Assembly (NCBI RefSeq): GCF_009914755.1
Contig: NC_060933.1
Reading direction: 5' to 3' (one strand)
From: the human T2T-CHM13v2.0 reference genome, Homo sapiens
Length of the DNA stretch: 64,000 nucleotides
Within the stretch, counting starts at the first letter, position 1. Each line of letters starts with the position of its first letter. Shown here one piece after another: positions 49,938 to 64,000 of the stretch. The notes below the pieces were generated by a model. The model made no database searches and was not told the DNA's origin. It saw only the letters and a list, made by a program, of their open reading frames with translations. The position numbers and the translations under genes were made by a program.

Positions 49938-50937
49938 TGAGAGAAAAAACCCTTTAGGGAGTTAGAGCGGGTCCTTGGTAAAACTCCTTTCAACAGAGAA
50001 ACAGCCTGAAAAATCAGGCTGCAGGCACAGAGAAGGAAAACTAGCAAAGGGGGTTGTCCTAAAGACATTCCTCAGCTGCATTGATAGGGGACCGAGGCCC
50101 AACATAGAAATGCCTTTGTCCTTTGTGTGACCAGCGGGCTTCCAGGAAATAGTCGCTTTTTTGTGGGCATGTATATGGTGGGCTCTGTTAGATTTTGAAG
50201 GGAAGGTGAAGGTTAAAGAAAGAGAGAGAGTTGGCGGCTCTATGGAGGGGACCAACTAAATGCCAGAGCCCACTGCCGCTTACAGGCTGGAGTAATTATA
50301 GGCCTGGGCAGGAGGGATCTGGGCAGTATAGCTTGTTGCCTGGGAGAATGTTGATAAGGATGTTTCTTGGGCCTTTCCCCAGCAGGATGTGATAAGGAAG
50401 TCAGGCGGTTGGGGAGGATGTTTCTCGCAGCCCAAACCCCAGTGGAATGTTTCCCTCTGACCAGGGTCTGTGAAATGGTGGGGGCTTACAAATCGGTGCA
50501 GCTTGGACTAACAGGCTCTGGTGACCACTTTCCTTTTCTGGACATGCTTTGGACTGTGAGCCGAGCCTCTGTGAATCATCACTTCAGCCCCTGATTGGTC
50601 CTGGGCCAAACTTTCACTTCAGCCCCTGATTGGTCTTGGGCCAAAATTTCACTTCAGCCTCTGGTTGGTCCCAAGCTAAGGTCCCGGGCCAAGCGAAGTT
50701 GTGCTTTCTCCAAGACAGCTCACAGACTAGTGAGCACATTCTTCCCCTTCCCAGTTCACAAAACCCCCAGATTCAGCCTCCTAGTTGGCAACCCTCTTTC
50801 GGGTCCCCTCTCCGCTGGGGAGAGCTTTCTTCTTTTGCATATTAAACTTCTGTTCCAACCTCATCCTTTGTGTCCACGTTCCTTAACATTCTTGGCTGTG
50901 AGGGAAAGAAGGCAAAGACAAGAGCCTTTATCCTAAC
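49938..50937 (+). mobile_element. ERV1 solo LTR (LTR25/MER61-like)
   Basis: tgagag...gggtccttggtaaaactcctt...acagcctgaaaaatcaggctgcaggcacag; 35-bp repeats at 50581-50680; ATTAAA 50841-50846; ends ctaaca. Confidence 0.65.
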
Positions 50938-51211
50938 AACTCAATTGCTGGAGAGAAGATTCACGCATATTCTATGTGGCATCACATGCCATAGCCCTGG
51001 GATTGAAAGCCATGCAATTTAAGGGATGGTGTTAATCTCAGTCCAAATAGGTAATAAGATCTTGCACTTTGCTATATTTTAGGGGTAGGAATGAGATTGG
51101 GGGTTTGATCAATAATTTGTACCCATAGGACCAGTGATTTGCCCAGTCATCTGTGAGTAAATGCTTGGGCCAGTTTCCATGTCTGTATTGAATTAAAAAC
51201 TCATACGGTTC

Positions 51212-52348
<1,137 letters not shown>

Positions 52349-52399
52349 TGGGTTCACATTGGGGGTCCTCAACCTCAAATCCATCAACTCCATCGCTGA

Positions 52400-58302
<5,903 letters not shown>

Positions 58303-58454
58303 TTATTAAGCTTTTGTTGTAAATAGTAACTTGCATATCAGATGTTTACTGTAATATTCTTGAAGCCTTGCCAGGCCTACAGCTTGCTGTGTGCTTTTCA
58401 ACTCTATTTCATTTATTTGGGAAATCATATATCAATGTATTTATTCATTCCCAG

Positions 58455-58535
58455 CTCTAACCATGGAATACTGGGAATGTCCCTTTCTATGAAGGAGGTT
58501 TGCCGGCCACAACAGGAATATTCATGAACATGGAG
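58455..58535 (+). pseudogene. Start-codon exon (ATG AAC ATG GAG at 58524-58535)
   Basis: Acceptor ttcattcccAG (58453-54), donor GAG|GTact; phase 0 join to KRAB-A. Confidence 0.7.
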
Positions 58536-58665
58536 GTACTTTGTTGAAGTTACACTAATTTTTTTACTCTTCCCCACTCTCAGCCTAGCTGGTCTGCTCA
58601 CTGTATTCTCTCCATCCTTCAGCACCCTTCCATCTCTTCCTTCATCTTAAAAATCTTTCCTTTAA

Positions 58666-58825
<160 letters not shown>

Positions 58826-59059
58826 GTAAGGATGTCTATCCCCAAATAACTCATGAATTTTGGGTGTAGCTTTCACTTGTCTGGGTGACTTTTCACCTGC
58901 TGCTTAGGGAATTGTTTTGTGTTTTGTAGATTAATAGATGGGCAGCTCTTTGGGGTCCCTCCATCTTCTCCATGCTTCAGACCTTTACACCTTCCTCTAG
59001 TCCTTCGTGACTACTAAGGGACTAACTTTGAATTCAGGAACAGCACGAGTATGTCTTAC

Positions 59060-59529
<470 letters not shown>

Positions 59530-59532
59530 TAA

Positions 59533-59637
<105 letters not shown>

Positions 59638-59809
59638 TAAGGACTGAGCAGATGGGGAAGGCACTGCTGTTTAGAACCCAGCCCATCAGGGAGGCAGCGC
59701 CGTAAAGGTATTGGTTGGGGAATCTCTTCTGCAAGGTCCCACGTAAGAGTTGTGGCCTAAGACACATGGAGAAAAGTCAAGATACCACCCCCCCCCCAAC
59801 AAACACACT

Positions 59810-61560
<1,751 letters not shown>

Positions 61561-61797
61561 TATAAAAGAAATAGACAAAGCAAACCTTAATGCATGAACT
61601 CAAACAAATGCTTTCACTGCCAGGCTCCATCTTTGCAAAACTGAACCTAGGACAATGTGCACGTTTCTAACTAGCAATTCTGGAGGATCAGGGAGGCAGC
61701 GTGAGCTTGCTTTTCTGCAATTTAATTGACTGGTCAGTAAAGTCAGTGTTTGCAGGCATTTTCAATGTTCTGTAGTGGGCTTCAGTTCCTATGGCAG

Positions 61798-62290
61798 TGT
61801 GGCAGGCCAGGTTTCCAATAGCAACCAGAACAGTTTCTACTAACCCTTTACTACAATTTTGATGAATGCATAAGTTAACGTTAAAGAAACGGAGAAACTT
61901 GTGCCTGAGTATCAGGGATGGAATGTGAAAACAAACCCATTGAGACCCCACCTGGGTTTTCTCAGATCCTAAAGTCTGATCGAATAATGATAGCATTGGT
62001 ACACATTCACCTCGGCCTGTCTTAAGATTCAGAAACTTTCCAAGACTCTAGAGAAATCTTTCCAGACGCTAGACCCGAGTTAAAGATAAGATGTTGATTG
62101 AATGAAACACTCCTACTTGTAGGTGCAATCCCACGTGGAGCTTAAGATGTATATAAGCACTAGAAAAAAAAAAACTTGTAACTTTGAGTTGATCTGGTGA
62201 ATTACCTGGCGCTTCTCCCTGTAAGTGGCTGCAGAAATAAACTTCCTTCTTTCCCAGTCTGTCTGTGTCTTGTTATTGAACAATTGCAAT
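61798..62290 (+). mobile_element. Probable ERV1-class solo LTR
   Basis: Starts tgtggcaggccaggt; TATA-like gtatataagc ~62149; AATAAA ~62236 followed by a U5-like pyrimidine tract. Confidence 0.55.
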
Positions 62291-62704
62291 GGACCTGCCC
62301 AGCAAAGTCCTCTTTTGTGTGGTTATCTGGGACTCCTTTTGGAGGGAACATTTAAAATTTTCCATTTCAAAGCATTCTGTTGGCACTCTTACACTGTTTT
62401 TCTCTGCCTACCCTGGGACCTGAGTTCTCCTGGACGCGAATCTCCAGCCACAGAGCCTAGAAGCCCATTCCTCCACATTCTGTGACTGTTCCCCAAACAC
62501 AGGGAGAATTTTCAGAAAATAAGCCTAAAAATCTTGCCATTCTTTGCAATAAAACCCCACATTACAAACTGCTGAAAACAGGATTTTAGCCTGAATAGGT
62601 TTTTCCTCTATTTGAAACCCTTTACAATTTTGGAGGGAAGTTTCCAAATCAATCAGTAAGTACCCCCCATCCCAGGTTTATCCTTATGTAAAGTGCCCCC
62701 TTTG

Positions 62705-63040
62705 CACATGCAAGATTGAATAAACCTTGAAAATATTATGCTAAGTGAAAGAAGCCGGTCACAAAGGACCACATGTTATGTAATTCCATTTAAATAAAAT
62801 GTCCAAAATAGACCAATACATAGAAGCAGAAAGTAGATTTGTGGTGGCCCAGGGTTAGGGGAGTTGGGGGGAAATGGAGGGATATGGTATTTACTTCAGG
62901 GTAATGAAAATGATCTAAAATTTATTGTGGTGATGTTTGCATAACAGTGCAAATATACTGAAAAACATTGAATTTTACACTTTAAATCAGTGGCTTCTGT
63001 GGTATGTTATCAATATTTCTCAATAAAACTTCAAAAATAA
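62705..63040 (+). mobile_element. L1M 3' end fragment
   Basis: accttgaaaatattatgctaagtgaaagaagcc...cattgaattttacactttaaa...ctcaataaa. Confidence 0.85.
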
Positions 63041-63134
63041 AAGCGCCTATGTGTCTTTTTGTGTATTATTCCTCCAGAGTCCAGTCCATAGTTTTTACAT
63101 TTGATGAAGAAATTAAGATTTTGTTTCTTCTTCT

Positions 63135-63778
63135 ATTTTTTTTTTTTTTTTTGAGACAGAATCTCCCTCTGTTGCCCAGACTGGAGTGCATTGGCACAAT
63201 CTTGGCTCAGTGCAACCTCCAGGATAATTTTTGTATTTTTAGTAGAGACAGCGTTTCACCATGGTGGCTAGACTGGTCTCAAACTTCTGACCTCAAGTGA
63301 GTCCCCCACCTTGGTTTCCAAAATTGCTGGGATTACAGGCGTGAGCCACCGCACCCAGCCCAAGATTTAGTTTCCATTGTTTTGATGCCCTAGGGCCATC
63401 TTATTCTACCTTAATTTCTGACGCATCATCTCAGTGGAAATTTTACATTAGGCCCCAAAGTATTTTCCTCTTTTAAGATTTTATCAGCTGAGTACAGTGG
63501 CTCACACCTGTAATCTCAACACTTTGGGAGGCCAAGGTGGGAGAAGGAGTTGAGCCCAGGAGTTCAAGACCAGTCTCTGCAACATAGTGAGACACACATA
63601 TCTACAAAAAAAATTGTAATTAGGTGGGCATATTGGTGCATGCCTGTGGTCTCAGCTTACTACATAGGCTGAGGGAGGATCACTTGAGCCCAGGAGGCTG
63701 AGGTTACAGTGGCCATGATTATACCACTGCACTCCAGTCTGGGTGACAGAGCGATAGCCTGTCTTAAAAAAAAAAATT
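63135..63778. mobile_element. Two Alus: internally deleted antisense 63135-63360 and AluJ-type sense 63487-63778
   Basis: Alu consensus matches. Confidence 0.9.
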
Positions 63779-64000
63779 ATTGGAATTTTTTTTTTTTAGA
63801 AAACAAAGTATACACTTAGTGACTTGATACAAATGAATGAATTTGATAATCTACAGAAAAAAAAACAAATAAATAAAAACTCAAAGCCATTCTTCTTATG
63901 TGAATCTCTGGTGTCTCTGAATTATAAGAATTGTGAATTATGATTAATAACAAAAATGCATGACAAGGACTCATTAAGGGATAGGCATTAATAAACTGCA

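Overview
Primate (human-like) genomic DNA, dominated by repeats, with no intact protein-coding gene, RNA gene or CRISPR array that I can support. Three blocks are visible. (1) 1-~7.5 kb is AT-rich and L1-dominated; it starts with the 5' UTR of an L1PA element on the minus strand that carries a broken ORF0. (2) ~7.6-38.4 kb is GC-richer, with old L1/L2/MIR/MaLR fragments, solo ERV LTRs (LTR8, MER4, MER41B, LTR47-like) and several tandem arrays: a 2.6 kb TG-rich array, 78-bp and 30-bp VNTRs, and (TGGA)n/(TCCA)n tracts. (3) ~38.4-64 kb is very Alu-dense and holds the 5' part of a KRAB zinc-finger gene on the + strand. It has a promoter with ZNF143, CCAAT and TCTCGCGAGA motifs (~49.3 kb), a start-codon exon, a 127-bp KRAB-A exon with an in-frame TGA, and a 96-bp KRAB-B exon. 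The peptide closely matches my recollection of the ZNF850 N-terminus. No C2H2 exon lies in the window, and abrupt junctions at ~38.37 kb and ~60.48 kb suggest a truncated duplicated copy. Repeat subfamily names and the ZNF850 match are from memory, not from a database search.
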